DNA from: Octopus sinensis
Taxonomy: Eukaryota
Direction of reading: 5' to 3'
DNA length: 58,623 bases
NCBI RefSeq assembly: GCF_006345805.1
Contig: NW_021835395.1
Span: 1 to 58,623 of the forward strand
This document shows positions 25,406 through 40,374 of this stretch, piece after piece. The notes beneath the pieces were generated by a model. The model saw only the letters and a list, made by a program, of their open reading frames with translations. It ran no database searches and was not told where the DNA came from. The translations under genes were made by a program, and so were the position numbers. Positions within the stretch are counted from its first letter, which is position 1, and each line of letters starts with the position of its first letter.

Positions 25406-26494
25406 ATAAACGTGTACATTGTATGTTTGTATGTGTCGAGAACGTATGGCCAAGCGGTTTTGTGTGTAGTCCTCACACACGCGAGAGTTCGTGGTTTCAG
25501 TGGCAGAAACGTTGGCACGCCGGGCGAAATGCGTAGCCGTATTTCGTCTGTCGTTACATTCTGAGTTCAAATTCCGCCGAGGTCGACTTTGCCTTTCATC
25601 CTTTCGGGGGGGTCGATAAATTAAGTACCAGTTACGTATTGGTGTCAATGTAATCGATTTAATCTGTTTGTCCTCTCTCTGTTTAGCCCCTTGTGGGTAG
25701 GAAAGAAATAGGTTCCAGTTGCTCTCCTCCTCCTCCTTCTCCTCCCCCCTTCTTCTTCTTCTTCTTCTTCTTCTTCCAATCAGGACTCACGCCATTAGCC
25801 ACAAAGAATAATCTCTAATTCGAGCCTACTCTAAGCTGCTAAGAATGCGTGTGGCAACTTGAAGATCCACCCACCACGCGCGATAGACTGGTGGTTGCAC
25901 AGGCGCGAAAGCTACGTTGTTATCCTCATTCCGTAAACGGTGGCTTTTAACCGGTGGAGAGCTGAACCATCCTGGGGTACAGAGGGTTCGCAATCTAGAC
26001 CAGGGTCTGAAAGTTTACCACACCATTGTAGGTTACACCATGGTTCTTCTACTTTGTGGCAGAAGTAGGAAGAAAGAGTGAGAGAAAGTTATGGTGAAAG
26101 AGTACAGCGGGGGTTCACCACCCTCCCCCGCCGGAGCTTCGTGAAGCTTAGGTGTTTTTGCTCAATAAACACTCACAATGCCCAGACCGGGAATCGAAAC
26201 CGCGTTCTTACGACCGCGTGTCCGCTGCCCTAACCACTGGGCCATTGCGTCTTCACGGTTTCAGTTGCTGGACCGGGTGGTGCGTTTTGCTCTCTAGCAA
26301 AACACTTCGTCTCGTTTCGTTCTGCGATCACGTCGACACCTGACGCGTGATTTGATGGAGGGAATGAGCTTATGTACCGCATATACATTTATTTGAACAC
26401 TACAAACAAATCGTTTGCGCAGGTCGTGCAGCACGACATTGCAGAACCGTCTTTCTCTGATTACGAGAGATGACCTATTTCTTAACTACCCGCA

Positions 26495-27340
26495 AGAATG
26501 AAAGGCAAAGTCGACCTCAGCGGAATTTGAACTCAGAACATAGGGGCAGACGAAATACCTATTTCTTTACTACCCACAAGGGGCTAAACACAGAGAGGAC
26601 AAACAAGGACATACAAACGGATTAAGTCGATTATATCGACCCCAGTGCGTAACTGGTTCTTAATTTATCAACCCCGAAAGGATGAAAGGCAAAGTCGACC
26701 TCGGCGGAATTTGAACTCAGAACGTAGCGGAGACGAAATACCTATTTCTTTACTACCCAAGGGGCTAAACACAGAGAGGACAAACAAGGACAGACAAACG
26801 GATTAAGTCGATTATATCGACGCCAGTGCGTAACTGGTACTTATTTAATCGACCGTGAAAGGATGAAAGGCAAAGTCGACCTCGGCGGAATTTGAACTCA
26901 GAACGTAGGGGCAGACGAAATACCTATTTCTTTACTACCCACAAGGGGCTAAACACAGAGAGGACAAACAAGGACATACAAACGAATTAAGTCGATTACG
27001 TCTACCCCAGTACATAACTGGAACTTATTTAATCGACCGTGAAAGGATGAAAGGCAAAGTCGACCTCGGTGGAATTTGAACTCAGAACGTAGGGGCAGAC
27101 GAAATACCTATTTCTTTACTACCCACAAGGGGCTAAACACAGAGAGGACAAACAAGGACAGACAAACGAATTAAGTCGATTACGTCTACCCCAGTACATA
27201 ACTGGAACTTATTTAATCGACCGTGAAAGGTTGAAAGGCAAAGTCGATCTCAGCGGAATTTGAACTCAGAACGTAGCGGCAGACGAAATACGGTTAAGCA
27301 TTTTCGTCCGGCGTGCTAACAATTCTGCCAGCTCGCCTCC
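26495..27340 (-). repeat. Tandem array of about five ~183-bp SINE-B internal units behind a single head
   Basis: aaaggcaaagtcgacctc recurs at about 26502, 26685, 26866, 27051 and 27233; the head occurs only at about 27290-27340. Confidence 0.9.
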
Positions 27341-27364
27341 TGTTGATTAAATATTTCTTTTTGA

Positions 27365-27730
27365 AGCACTCCGTCGGTTACGACGACGAGGGTTCCGGTT
27401 GATCCGAATCAACAGAACAGCCTGTTCGTGAAATTAACGTGTAAGTGGCTGAGCACTCCACAGACCCTTAACGTAGTTCTTGGGGATATTCAGCGTGACA
27501 CAGAGAGCGACAAGGCCAGCCCCTTGAAATACAGGTACAACAGAAACAGGAAGTAAGAGAAAGTTGTGGCGAAAGAGTACAGCAGGGATCACCACCATCC
27601 CCTACCGGAGCCTCGTGGAGCTTTTAGGTGTTTTCGCTCAATAAACACTCACAACGCCCGGTCTGGGAATCGAAACCGCGGTCATATGACCGCGAGTCTG
27701 CTGCCCTAACCACTGAGCCATTGCGACTCC
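27365..27730 (-). mobile_element. SINE family C, full length
   Basis: Homology to 43361-43741. Confidence 0.85.
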
Positions 27731-29049
27731 TGATTAAATATTAACGACATGCTGATAGATACATTAATGTCTGCCGTTAACGCCTGACAATCATCGTCGT
27801 TTCCTCTGTAGCGAAGACTTGATGGACACGATAAGGGCAAACAACACATCGGGTGACATAAGTGTGTCGAGATAAACAAGAGAGATCGAGGTTATCAAGA
27901 GAAAGCGAGAGAGAGAGAGATGGGGGGGGGGAGAGAGAGGTCAATGGGTGTAACTATAGAAGCAAGAGACTTGAAGGCGACTGAGTGTAAGGTGTAGGTG
28001 GTGGGTAAGTGAAAGCTCAAGGAGGAAGGAGGTGTGTGCGTGCGGGTGTTTTATCTTCGGATGAAACTTGTGGATGTAGAAAGAAAGAAAGAAAGGAAGG
28101 AAGAAACGGAAAAGAAATATGCTGTTGTTGTTGTTGTTGTTGTTGATTTTTTTTTGGACCCGAGTCAAACTCAATCTTGATTCAGCAAATGTATCTATGA
28201 TCAAAACATATCCAACCATGACCATCACATCGATTTCCTATGAGCAAGGATGCCACGCAAGTTTGTGAAATGTTCCATATATTTTCTTCTTTTAGACGCA
28301 GGAATGGCTGTGTGGTAAGAAGCTTGCTTCCCAACCACTTGGTTCCAGGTTCAGTCCCACTCTGTGGCACCTTGGGCAAGTGTCTTCTATAACTTCGGGC
28401 TATTGGGAAATTGAAAGAAACCCGACGTATATATATATATGTATATATGTCCCTCTATATGTGTGTCTTTGAGTCTGTGTTTGCCCCCCTTCCCCAAACC
28501 CTACCCTATTTCGCCCGGTGTGCTAACGTTCCTATTTCTTTACTACCCACAAGGGGCTAAACATAGAGGAGACAAACAAGGAGAGACAAATGCATTAAGT
28601 CGATTACATCTACCCCAGTGCGTAACTGGTACTTAATTTATCGATCCCGAAAGGATGAAAGGCAAAGTAGACCTCGGCGGAATTTGAACTCAGAACGTAG
28701 CGGCAGACAAAATACGGTTACACATTTCGCCCGGCGTGCTAACGTTTCTGCCAGCTCGTCGCCTGGCTTCTTTCAGTTTCTGTCTACCAAAACCACTCAC
28801 AAGGTGGTCCGGGGCTATAGTAAAATATATTTGCCTTAGGTGCCGAGCTGTGGGACTGAACCCGAAACCATGTACCTGGGAAGCATACTTCTTACACAAC
28901 TATACCCATGCACAGCTATACCCGCGCCTTAGTTTACTGATGTTTTGTGGGGACGAAAGTAGCAGAGGGAAAACTAGAAGAGAAGAAATGCTGTTGGTTT
29001 TGATAACTGTTGTTGTTTAACCCCAGGTCACTCATGAGACCGAGATATC

Positions 29050-29376
29050 TTTTATCTTTTGCTTGTTTCAGGCATTGGACTGTGACCATGCTGGAGCACC
29101 ATCTTCATGGGTTTCAGTCGAACATATCGACTGGAAGACTTTTTAAGAATTCTTTTATTCTTTTACCTGTTTCAGTCATTTGACTGCAGCCATGCTGGAG
29201 CACCGCCTTGAAGGGTCTTAGTCGAATAAATTGTTTTTTAAAGCCTACTACTTATTCTATCGGACTCTTTTGCCGAACCGCTAGGTTATGAGGCCATAAA
29301 CACACTAACACCGACTGCAAAACTGTAATGGGGGACAAACACAGACACAAAGACACAACATACACACACACACACA

Positions 29377-29410
<34 letters not shown>

Positions 29411-29560
29411 ACACACACACACACGTATATATACACATATACGACAGACTTCTTCCAGTTTCCGTCTACCAAATCCACTCACAAACCTTTGGTCGACTTG
29501 TAGCTATAGTAGAAGACACTTGCCCAAAGTGCCATTAGTGGGATTGAACCCGGAACCTTG
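29050..29560 (-). mobile_element. SINE family A (with duplicated 3' end)
   Basis: gttcagtcatttgactgcagccatgctggagcacc..gaagacacttgcccaaag. Confidence 0.8.
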
Positions 29561-30168
29561 TGTTACTGCCGCGCATGTTCTAAATTACGACCGCTCGTTC
29601 TAAAATCCATTGTTCTCTTTCGCCGTGACGTGATCAAACGAACACCGGTTGTGAAGCGATGGTAAGAGACAACCATACACATATATATTAGCTTCCATAC
29701 AGTTTTCGTCTACCAAATTCGCTTACAAGGTATTGATCGGCTCAGAACTATAGTAGGAAACACTTGTCCACGATACGGACCAGTGGGCTCGAACCCGTAT
29801 CCATATGGGTTGCAAAGCGAGCTTCTTAACCAGATAACCATGCCCACGCCTATGATCAAAAGCATGATCAAAGGATTTTCAGCTGTGAATCTCCCACATT
29901 ATATTTAGGCATATAATGTATCCTTCCTTTTTTATGACAATAGGGAGTGTGTAACGGGAGATTTGGCGGGGGCGGCAGGGGGAAGGGGCAGTTTAGCAGG
30001 TTATTTCTATAGACAGTGGCCGAATCGTTAGAGAGTCGGACAAAATACCTTTGGCATTTAATCACGGCCCTTCACATTCCGATCTCAAATCGCGCCGAAG
30101 TCAGCGCTGCCTTTCACCGTACCGCAGCCGATCAGATAAATATTAGCGAAGTTACTGAGATAGATCTA

Positions 30169-30692
30169 CTGTAAATCCTCGAGTATAGTCCGCCCTTGAG
30201 TATAATACGCAGGGGATTTTTAGGGGGCTGTACCTCTGAAAAACCTAAACCTTGTGTATATAATACGCACCCCTTCTCTAACTTGAGTCGTGCGTAATTA
30301 AGCCAGCAGCACCTAGTCGAACAAACACTTCTGTGTATGCGTAATACAATAATGGTGATGTTCTTAACTGTTATATGGGAATGTAAATATGTTTGCAAAT
30401 TGTTTTTGTTATATGTTATTCTGTGTTCTGAATACTTTTATTTTAATAAATGTTGCTTACTGCAAGTTATGGGCGATTCTTTTATGACTTCATTGCTTTC
30501 AGGCTTAGCTTAAGGCATTTTCCCGCCCGACGTCACAAAATGCGTTTGAATAAACATTGCCGGACAGCAAATAGAGGCTCGGACATTGCTTAGGAAATGT
30601 TTTTCATTTTTAACCTCGTGTATAGTACGCACTTGGAATTTTGACCTTTAAATTTTGGGAAGAAAATGCGGATTATACTCGAGGATTTACGG
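30169..30692. mobile_element. Tc1/mariner-superfamily (pogo/Tigger-like) MITE, 524 bp
   Basis: TA|ctgtaaatcctcgagtatagtccgc ... gcggattatactcgaggatttacgg|TA. Confidence 0.85.
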
Positions 30693-30980
30693 TATAATTT
30701 TTTTCTAAATCATCCTAGAAGCGGATGGGATTTTGATAACAGTTACTGTTCAAATCGAAGTCAGTTCTAAACAGGCAGAACCTCTCGTCTTTGGTTTTTC
30801 GAAATGTAGTATGCAGCATTACGCCGCCAAATGTGACCTTTTCTTAAGGCGGACATAGCGAGTGATTTGAAGGAGAGTTTGTTGCTATTTCTGACGTCTT
30901 GTTATATTGTAAAGCCTATTAATTGTTCCTGTAAATTGTCTTTGTAACAGACTATTTAGGCCTCAAACGGTTGCTTTCAG

Positions 30981-31318
30981 GGCTGTCTTAAACTGCATTA
31001 TAGGACTCGGGGAAAATCAATAAACTGATCCCTATATTTATTTACTGACGACAAGCCACTGCATATATAAATCAGAACTGGGCCCCGAGGCTTCTGAGGC
31101 CCACCACCACCACCACCACGAACAACTGTCCAGTGCATCTGTGTCTTAAGACAAACTGCATTATAGGACTCGGGGAAAATCAATAAACTGGTCCCTATAA
31201 TATTTATTTACTGACGACAAAATCACTGCATATATAAATCAGAACTGGGCCCCAAGGCTTCTGAGGCCCACCACCACCACCACGAACAACTGTCCAGTGC
31301 ATCCGTGTCTTAAGACGG
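30981..31318. repeat. 163-bp direct duplication with short terminal inverted ends (gctgtcttaa/ttaagacggc)
   Basis: aaactgcattataggactcgggg at 30990 and 31153. Confidence 0.85.
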
Positions 31319-31790
31319 CAGCAGTCGCTATACTAAACTAGGACAGACAAACGGACCAAGCAATGATATTTTGCAATCGTTGTATCGTATTGCCATGCGA
31401 TGATTGCAACTAGTCACGAGAGGTAATCATATCCTCACCAGCAAATTCTTTTTTCAAGTTATACCAGTCGATGCAAATGTTGGTGTTGACATCTGAAAAT
31501 GTTTATCTCATATAGTTTCAATTTAGAAATAAAGGAGACTTTGATAGATGCTTTAGAATAAGGGATATCATGTTTTTAGAATGAGGGATATCATGTTTTG
31601 CAGCGATCAAACAAACGCATAGCGGACAGTTTTGAAAAAAATTCAATGATGAGCCCAGACAACATATAATGTGCAGCTATATACTGCGTACCGCTTTTCG
31701 CTAATATTATTATTATCATGTTTTTGTTACCGATACATTTCAGTGGATTATGTATAAGTATATGTAGTGTGAGTGTGGTGTGTGTGTGTG

Positions 31791-31834
<44 letters not shown>

Positions 31835-32028
31835 TTTGTAAAAAGTAAAAAATATATACAAACTGGGACAAGAACGTGAAACACCTAGAAGACGACACAA
31901 GAACCACAGGACGGGACATTCGAAGCCCTCAGTCATCAGTCAAGAACCGGATCATCTTCGCAATTTCGGCTGATTAATCTTATATATATATTATGGCTGC
32001 CCCCTCGTTATTATTAATTTATTATTGC

Positions 32029-32059
<31 letters not shown>

Positions 32060-32069
32060 GTTATTGTTA

Positions 32070-32105
<36 letters not shown>

Positions 32106-32155
32106 TTATTATTATTATTATTATTATTATATTATTATTATTATTATTATTGTTA

Positions 32156-32211
<56 letters not shown>

Positions 32212-32256
32212 GTTGTTATGTTATTATTATTATTATTATTTATTATATTATTGTTA

Positions 32257-32300
<44 letters not shown>

Positions 32301-32304
32301 GTTA

Positions 32305-32348
<44 letters not shown>

Positions 32349-32435
32349 GTTCAGGTCATTCATCTCTTAAATATAGAACTGTAAATATATATATATATAT
32401 ATGCATGTGTGTGTATCTCTCTCTTCATATATATG

Positions 32436-32498
<63 letters not shown>

Positions 32499-33029
32499 AG
32501 ACACACACAGACACACAGACACACACACGCAACTAATAATTGCTTTTATGCGCAAACAACGTGTATTACAACAATCCATGCTAAACTAAATTTACAAGTA
32601 GTTAGGCTAGTTTGTAACATCTTCTCTGCTGCTGCTGTAAGTAAATAAATGTGAATTCATCATTTCTCTCGTCGCAAATAGAAAAACATAAAGATAAACA
32701 TGGGATGCTTCATAGCTCATTGGCCCCGCTTCAGAAAAAACCCTGAAAACGCATCTCGCTTCTACGTGAGACGAGGTGATCAGAAGAAACAATATTTAAA
32801 TCATGCACGATCTAGTTCAATCGTTGACTAATTTGCATATCGTTCATTAGTTGGTGGTTGTGATTAAAAACGTAATAAGTATTTTTAGCAGTTCTCAATA
32901 ATCATTACATTATAGGTCTAAATATAGTTATTTTTTTGCTTTTTCTAAGATCTCTGTTAAACCACTTTATACATGGACGAGATGTTTTCTTTACAATTGT
33001 GAAAATTTATTCCAATAATTAATCTGTGC

Positions 33030-33065
<36 letters not shown>

Positions 33066-33165
33066 GTGTGTGTGTGTGTTGTTTGTGTTTCTGTGTATTC
33101 GTGTATGTATATGCATGCGTGTGTATCTCTCTCTCTCTCTCTCAGTCTCACTCTCTCTCTCTCAG

Positions 33166-33196
<31 letters not shown>

Positions 33197-34050
33197 ATAT
33201 ATATATATATACACGCACACACTCATACACATGCATAAGTTTGTATATACATATGTATGTATGGATGGTGTATGTATGTATGTAGTAGTATGCATGTATG
33301 TATGCATGTATGTATGTAGTATGTATGTATGTATGTAGTATGTATGTATGTATGTATGATGCATGTTGTATGCTGTATGTGTATGTATGTATGTATGTAT
33401 GTATGTATGTATGTATGTATGTATGCATGTATGTATGCATGCATGTATGTATGTATGTATGTATGTATGTATGTATGTATGTATGTATGTATGTATGTAT
33501 GTATGCATGCATGTATGAATATACGTATATGTGTGTGTTTGTGTTTCTGTTATGTATTATGTGTGTATATATATATGTGTGTAAATATATCTATATACAT
33601 ACGTAAATATGTAAATATATATATATATATGTGGTGTGTGTTATGTGTGTGTATTTATCTATATACATACATATGTGTATATGTTTATGTACATACTTAC
33701 TTATATGCGTGAGTGTGTTGTACGTGTGCGCGCATGCGTGTAAGTGTTAGGTTCGTGTTCGGTTAAAAAAATGGCTGTTGGATGAAGAGTGATTAATAAC
33801 CTGTTTCTTTCTCTCAACCTTCTCTGTCTCCACTCCACCTTCTATTTTCTATTACACACACACACACACACACACACACTCACGCGGCGCGCGCGCACAC
33901 CTTGCATGCATGCACCCGTTAATAAATACACATTTTCAAACACCAGTCAGCCATAAACACACGCTCACACATACGTACGTAACTACATACATGCATTCAT
34001 GCATGTAGGCATACATACATATATATATGATATATATATTATATATATAA

Positions 34051-34103
<53 letters not shown>

Positions 34104-34258
34104 AAATATGCATATGTATGTAATATATATTATATGATATATGATATATATATATTATATATATATATATTATATATATATTATATATACATATACAACA
34201 TACATATATACGTACATATATGCATGTGTGTATGTATGTATATATGTATGTATGTACG

Positions 34259-34299
<41 letters not shown>

Positions 34300-35143
34300 G
34301 TGTACAAACACATGCATATATATACACCCACAGGTATACACCCACAGGTATATATAAAAGTTATATACATATATGCGTGTGTGTGTATACGAAAAATTAA
34401 CGTACGTTATAACACTCACACTGACACACACATACACACACACACATATACGCGCGCACATGGACTCGCACGCACGCATGCACGCACACGAACGCGCACA
34501 CAGACACATGGACGCATACACATGCGTACATAGTGCACGCACATACACGAATGCACACGAACGCACGCACACACATACACACACGCGCGCTCACATGCAC
34601 ACATATGTACGAATTACATACATGTACGCATGCACACACATACACGCATGCACACAAACGTACGCACCTACACAGGGATCCATCCGTGCTTGCACACACA
34701 CACACACACACATACATGCACACACACACATACACACACACACATACACACACACACACACGTACACACGCACACTCACACGCACACACACGCACATACA
34801 AACAGACATTACATTGAAAACGGTGAATCAATCATATATACAAAGTCGTGTTTCTGTTGTACGTTAAACGGAGCAACAATGGCTGCGATTATTGTGGCGC
34901 CCTTGAACTGTCCAAACGATAGCCATTGATTTGTCTGAAGCAGACGACCATCGATCGTCGTCTGCTCATGAACACAATACAGACTCCATCACATTTATAT
35001 ACAGGCCTTTCTGACCGAGAAACAAAATATCAGAAAGGGAAGAGGACGCGAGAGTTGAGAGAAGGAAGAAAGAAAATAATGCGAAAGAAGAAAACAAAAA
35101 AATAAAAGATCAATAAGTAATCGACGGTATATGTGTTATTGAT

Positions 35144-35227
<84 letters not shown>

Positions 35228-35454
35228 GATTATTATTATTATTCGTTGTTTGTTTACATGGTTTGCTGGGGGGGGGGGGTCGTTTGCCGGCTTGGAGTTA
35301 GAGAAGGAAGCTGACGTCAAAGTTAGTAAGTAAATATACATATGTGTATGTATGTATGTATGTATGTATGTATGTATGTATGTATACGTGTGTGTGTGTA
35401 TGTATGTATGTATGTATGTATGTATGTATGTTCTTCTATTCTTTTATTCTTTTT

Positions 35455-35639
35455 ATTCTTTTACTTGTTTCAGTCATTTGACTGCGGCCATGCTGGAGCA
35501 CCGCCTTTAGTCGAATCAAATCGACCTCAGGACTTATTCTTAGTAAGCCTAGTACTTATTGCCGAACCGCTAAGTAACGGGGTCCTAAATACACCGGCAT
35601 CGGTTGTCAAGCGATGTTGGGGGGACAAACACAGATACA

Positions 35640-35676
<37 letters not shown>

Positions 35677-35850
35677 CACACATATACATACATATATACG
35701 ACGGGCTTCTTTCAGTTTCAGTCTACCAAATCCACTCACAAGTCTTTGGTCGGCCCGAGGCTATAGTGGAAGACACTTACCCAAGGTGTCACACAGTGGG
35801 ACTGAACCTGGAACCATGTTGTTGGTAAGCAAGCTACTTACCACACAGCC
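35455..35850 (-). mobile_element. SINE family A
   Basis: Homologous to 805-1214. Confidence 0.85.
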
Positions 35851-36439
35851 AATGTATGTATGTATGTATGTATGTATGTATGTACGTATGTGTGTGTGTA
35901 CGTATGTATGCATGTATTTGTGTATGTGCACGCGTGTGTGCATGTGTGCATGTGTGTGTATATGTCTACATATATACCTACATGCGCACACACACAAACA
36001 TATAGTTAGTACACATATTTGTGTATGCAAGTAGATATGTGAGTGTATATGCGTATGTATACATGTATATATGTAAGCGTGTGTGTATATACTCGAGAGC
36101 TTACATTTACCGCCAAACACATACATACAAGCACACACACGCGCGAGCGCGCACACAAAAACAAAATGTTACGACATGTCGTAGAGTAGTCGAAGCCATA
36201 TTGCCTTTTCGCTTGAGTTTCCACGTTTGAGAACGCTCCATCAAACAGGTTTTGTTCAACCGGATCCATTGTAACAAAACGCCGCTTAGTCAATAACAAC
36301 AACCTAGAATTTATTTCAACGTCCCAATAAATTTTTTTAATACAAATTTTCATTGATAGTAAAATCTATCGTATCGTTGACGATGTCGTATGCATAATTC
36401 CGTTTATTGGCATTATTCTTATATTCTTTGATTCTTTTA

Positions 36440-36688
36440 CTCTTTTATACACGTTTTAGTTATTTGACTGCGGCCATGCTGGAGCACCACCTTAAAAGGT
36501 TGTTTTTTTTTCGTCGAAGAAATCGTCTCCTGGACTTATTGTTTGTAAGCTTGGTACTTATTCAATTGGTCATATTTGCCGAACCGCTAAGTAACACACT
36601 ACCATCAGTTGTCAAGCGATGGTGGGGGACAAACACAGACACAAAGACACACACATAAGCTCGCATACATACACATACACACACACAA

Positions 36689-36755
<67 letters not shown>

Positions 36756-36890
36756 TATATATACGACGGGCTTCTCGTCTACAAAATCTGTCTACAAAAT
36801 CCACTTACTAGGCTTTGGTCTGCCCGAGGCTATAATAGAAGACAATTGCTAATGTTCCACGCAGTGGGACTGAACCCGGAACCACACAGC
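36440..36890 (-). mobile_element. SINE family A (divergent)
   Basis: tttgactgcggccatgctggagcacc..cgcagtgggactgaacccgg. Confidence 0.8.
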
Positions 36891-37070
36891 GACTCCTGTA
36901 TGTACACATACACATATAAACACATGCATACACCCCACCACATACATACGTACTAGTGCTAACACGCTATCTTTAAGATAGAATGTTTTACATTGGTTTG
37001 ATATCATTGTATCATATATTCCTACAAGGCATATGCATGAGTGCATCGGAGTGTGTTTGTGCTTATAAAT

Positions 37071-37102
<32 letters not shown>

Positions 37103-37149
37103 CATGCACTTGTAACATGCATACATGTATATGTGTGTGAGTGTGTGTA

Positions 37150-37180
<31 letters not shown>

Positions 37181-37253
37181 TGTGTGAGTATGCGCGTTCG
37201 TGCGTGTGAGAGTGGGCGTATATGTATGTATTATAAATGTAATATATATATAA

Positions 37254-37299
<46 letters not shown>

Positions 37300-37814
37300 T
37301 ATATATACAGCGCACATACACACATGGATCGCGACATAAAAAATACACACAACACATGCATGTTTGCGTGAGTGTACGCTTATGAATACGTGTGTTTGGG
37401 AGAAATATCGTCTCTTTAAACATTGTCTAATTGGGAACGGATTTCACCTCCTAATCGTGCCGTAGTCAATTGAAAATGCACAGCCAAAACACGAACCGAA
37501 CGCGTGCTAGGATCTGAAGCAGCCTCGAAATTGGACACATGCTGGCCTAAAAGATGCTAAGAAGGGAAGGATATATGCTGAAGACGCTGGTTTTTGTGAT
37601 CAATACGTTAAAGTGACCGTGATGATGAGAAATGGTTTAGAGTTGGGCAGAGTCTGTCATATTTTGATGTATGTAACCTTTAGTATGTTTCCTTTTGTCT
37701 GTTGCACGTTTTAGAGAATTTAAATGCCTTTCAGTGTGCGAGTGTGTGTGTGTGTGTGTGTGTGCACGCGTGCACTTGCGTACATATATGTATGTACGAA
37801 TCTATGTGTGTGTG

Positions 37815-37845
<31 letters not shown>

Positions 37846-37846
37846 T

Positions 37847-37885
<39 letters not shown>

Positions 37886-38612
37886 AACATGCATGTATGC
37901 ATGTGTATGTATGTATGCTACGTACGTGTGTGTGTGTGTATTCTTTTATTTGTTTCAGTCAATTGACTGCGGCCATGCTGGATCACCGTCTTTAGTCGAA
38001 CAAATCGACCCCAGTTCTTAAAATTGAGGATAACATCTAGATATGATTTTATCAGGTAGTTAGCCTGTAATAAACCGGTTAAGGTAAAATTATATATATC
38101 TCTTATCCTTTACTTGTTTCAGTTAATAAACTGTGGCTGTGCTGGGGCACAGCCTTGGGAAATTTTATCTGAAGGAATCGACCTCAGTACTTATTTTATT
38201 TTAGCACTTATTCTATCGGTTTTTTTCGACGAACCGTTAAGTTCTGGGAACATAAACACACAAACGCCTGTTGTCAACCGGTGGTAGTAGACAAACACAG
38301 ACGTATATATATATATATATATATAACTAATGTAGGATAAAATTTTTTCGAGAAAAAAATTTGATCAATGGCCAGCATATCAAAAAATACCTTTAAAGGT
38401 TAAATTTATAAATAATTTACAAAATAAATAAATAAATATATATATATATATATGTATTAAAGGTACATACACACAAAGAGAAGGCCTCTAGCGGGACTTC
38501 TTACATGATAGAAAGGGCAGTTAAACCCAACCACAAAATAATAATTCAAAAGGCACGCTGATAAAGCAGTAGAATGAAAGGAATTATTTTTATTTAATCT
38601 CATACTCTAGTT

Positions 38613-38959
38613 TCCCTATTAATGAGCAAATGAATTAATTTGTCATCTGTAATTCGTCGACTTTTATTACGCATGCGAACCACTGGTAGTAAATTATTCT
38701 AATTTTTTTTTAACCTTATGATTTACACATTAAAACTTCCTAATTCTGTGGCTTACAGTACACAGTTTTTAAAAATTAAGTATTTGCTGTCGACTGTGTG
38801 AATGCGCCTGCACACTTGTTTTGAAGCATAAATGTTATAAGGATGTAGCTCACGCGTTTTCTTTCGGTACATATTATTGCTACATAATTATGCATTGTTT
38901 TAACGATCTAACTGACGAGCTACAGATGACAAATCAATCTATTTGCTCATTAATAGGGA
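38613..38959. mobile_element. Non-autonomous TIR element (about 46-bp imperfect TIRs)
   Basis: tccctattaatgagcaaat..gtcatctgta.ttcgtc / gacgagctacagatgac..atttgctcattaataggga; no TSD identified. Confidence 0.7.
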
Positions 38960-39374
38960 TTCGCCCGGCGTGCTAACGTTTCTGCCAGCTCGCTGCCTAA
39001 TATGCCGCCATAATAAAACCAACATAATATATTAATGAAAAGAACATAATTGTGTACGTTCATTTACCGCTTTATTAAAATTCGTTATTGTGAAAATTTT
39101 ATTCAAGGAATTTTATTTCACGGGTCATTTCTGTTATTGTCACAGTTTTTGAAATCTTAAAAATTAGGTGGAAACTTCTAAATTTGTTATATTGATGTAA
39201 GTTTTCATGCCGAATGCGATTTTGTTATTCACTTAATCCAGAAAAGTTTTATAAAAATGTCATTGAGGTTTAAAGGATTTGGAAGCTGGCATTTTCTGCA
39301 TCATAACTATCACAAAATGAAAGCAAAACATTACGACAATGAAAATTGTAAGAAACTTTGAAACTTTTTTACTC

Positions 39375-39760
39375 TTTTTTTTACTCTTTTATTTGTTTCA
39401 GTCATGTGACTGTGGCCAAGCTGGAGCACCGCCTTTTGGTCGAGCAAATCGACCCCAGGACTTATTCTTTGTAAGCCTAGTACTTATTCTATCGGTCTCT
39501 TTTGCCGAACCACTAAGTTACGGGGACGTATACACACCAGCATCGGTTGTCAAGTGATGTTGGGGGGGCGGGACAAACACAGACACACAAACACACACAT
39601 ATATATACATATATACGACGGGCTTCTTTCAGTTTCCGTCTACAAGGCTTTGGTCGGCCCGAGGCTATAGTAGAAGACACTTGCCCAAGGTGCCACGCAG
39701 TGGGACTGAACCCGGAACCATGTAGTTGGTAAGCAAGTTACTTACCACACAGCCACTCCT
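39375..39760 (-). mobile_element. SINE family A
   Basis: Homologous to 805-1214. Confidence 0.85.
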
Positions 39761-40070
39761 TTTATAAGTTTTAATGAATAAAATCATGTGAAACGGTTGA
39801 ACAGGCATTAAATTATTTTTAAAAATCCCCAAAGAATATTTTTGCAAAATATTACACAACAAACCACGTTAGAGTTTAGGGTTATGGTTGGGCGCTATAG
39901 GGTTAGTATTAGGGCTTAGGGTTGTTTTATGCTACATTTCGCCAATTTTGAATCTTCCTTCCTTTGTTTGTTAGTTTGTTTCTTTCTTTCTCCTTGCTAC
40001 AAATCAGAAATACCCTCTGTGATGAACCGAATTATGCGCATCTATATACGTGTGTGTGCATGTGTGTGTG

Positions 40071-40116
<46 letters not shown>

Positions 40117-40117
<1 letters not shown>

Positions 40118-40276
40118 CGGGAAGGTTTACGAAAATAAACAAAAGACGAAGGCAGGTGAGTACAAACAAACAATGTATTAGTATGGCGCTCAGGAATAGA
40201 AATAAAACACAAGTCTTTTACGTTTTGAGCCTACGCTCTTCGACAGAAAGATACACAGAAAAGAAACAAGGAGAGA
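40117..40276 (-). mobile_element. (TA)n-embedded ~160-bp element with a variant HHR-like motif (40214-40251); second copy at 50169-50330 (+)
   Basis: Reverse complement UCUUU-CUGUCGA-A-GAGC(GUAG)GCUC-AAAA-CG-UA-AAAGA (G12 mutated in this copy). Confidence 0.7.
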
Positions 40277-40308
<32 letters not shown>

Positions 40309-40374
40309 TATATATATTATATTATATATTTATATGTATGTATGTTATGTATGTGTATATATATGTATGTGTAA

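Noticed and set aside
26495-27340. CRISPR-like array
   Set aside because: The context is eukaryotic, the units are SINE-derived and there are no unique spacers.
35342-36034. 230-aa ORF
   Set aside because: It is microsatellite plus antisense read-through of SINE family A.
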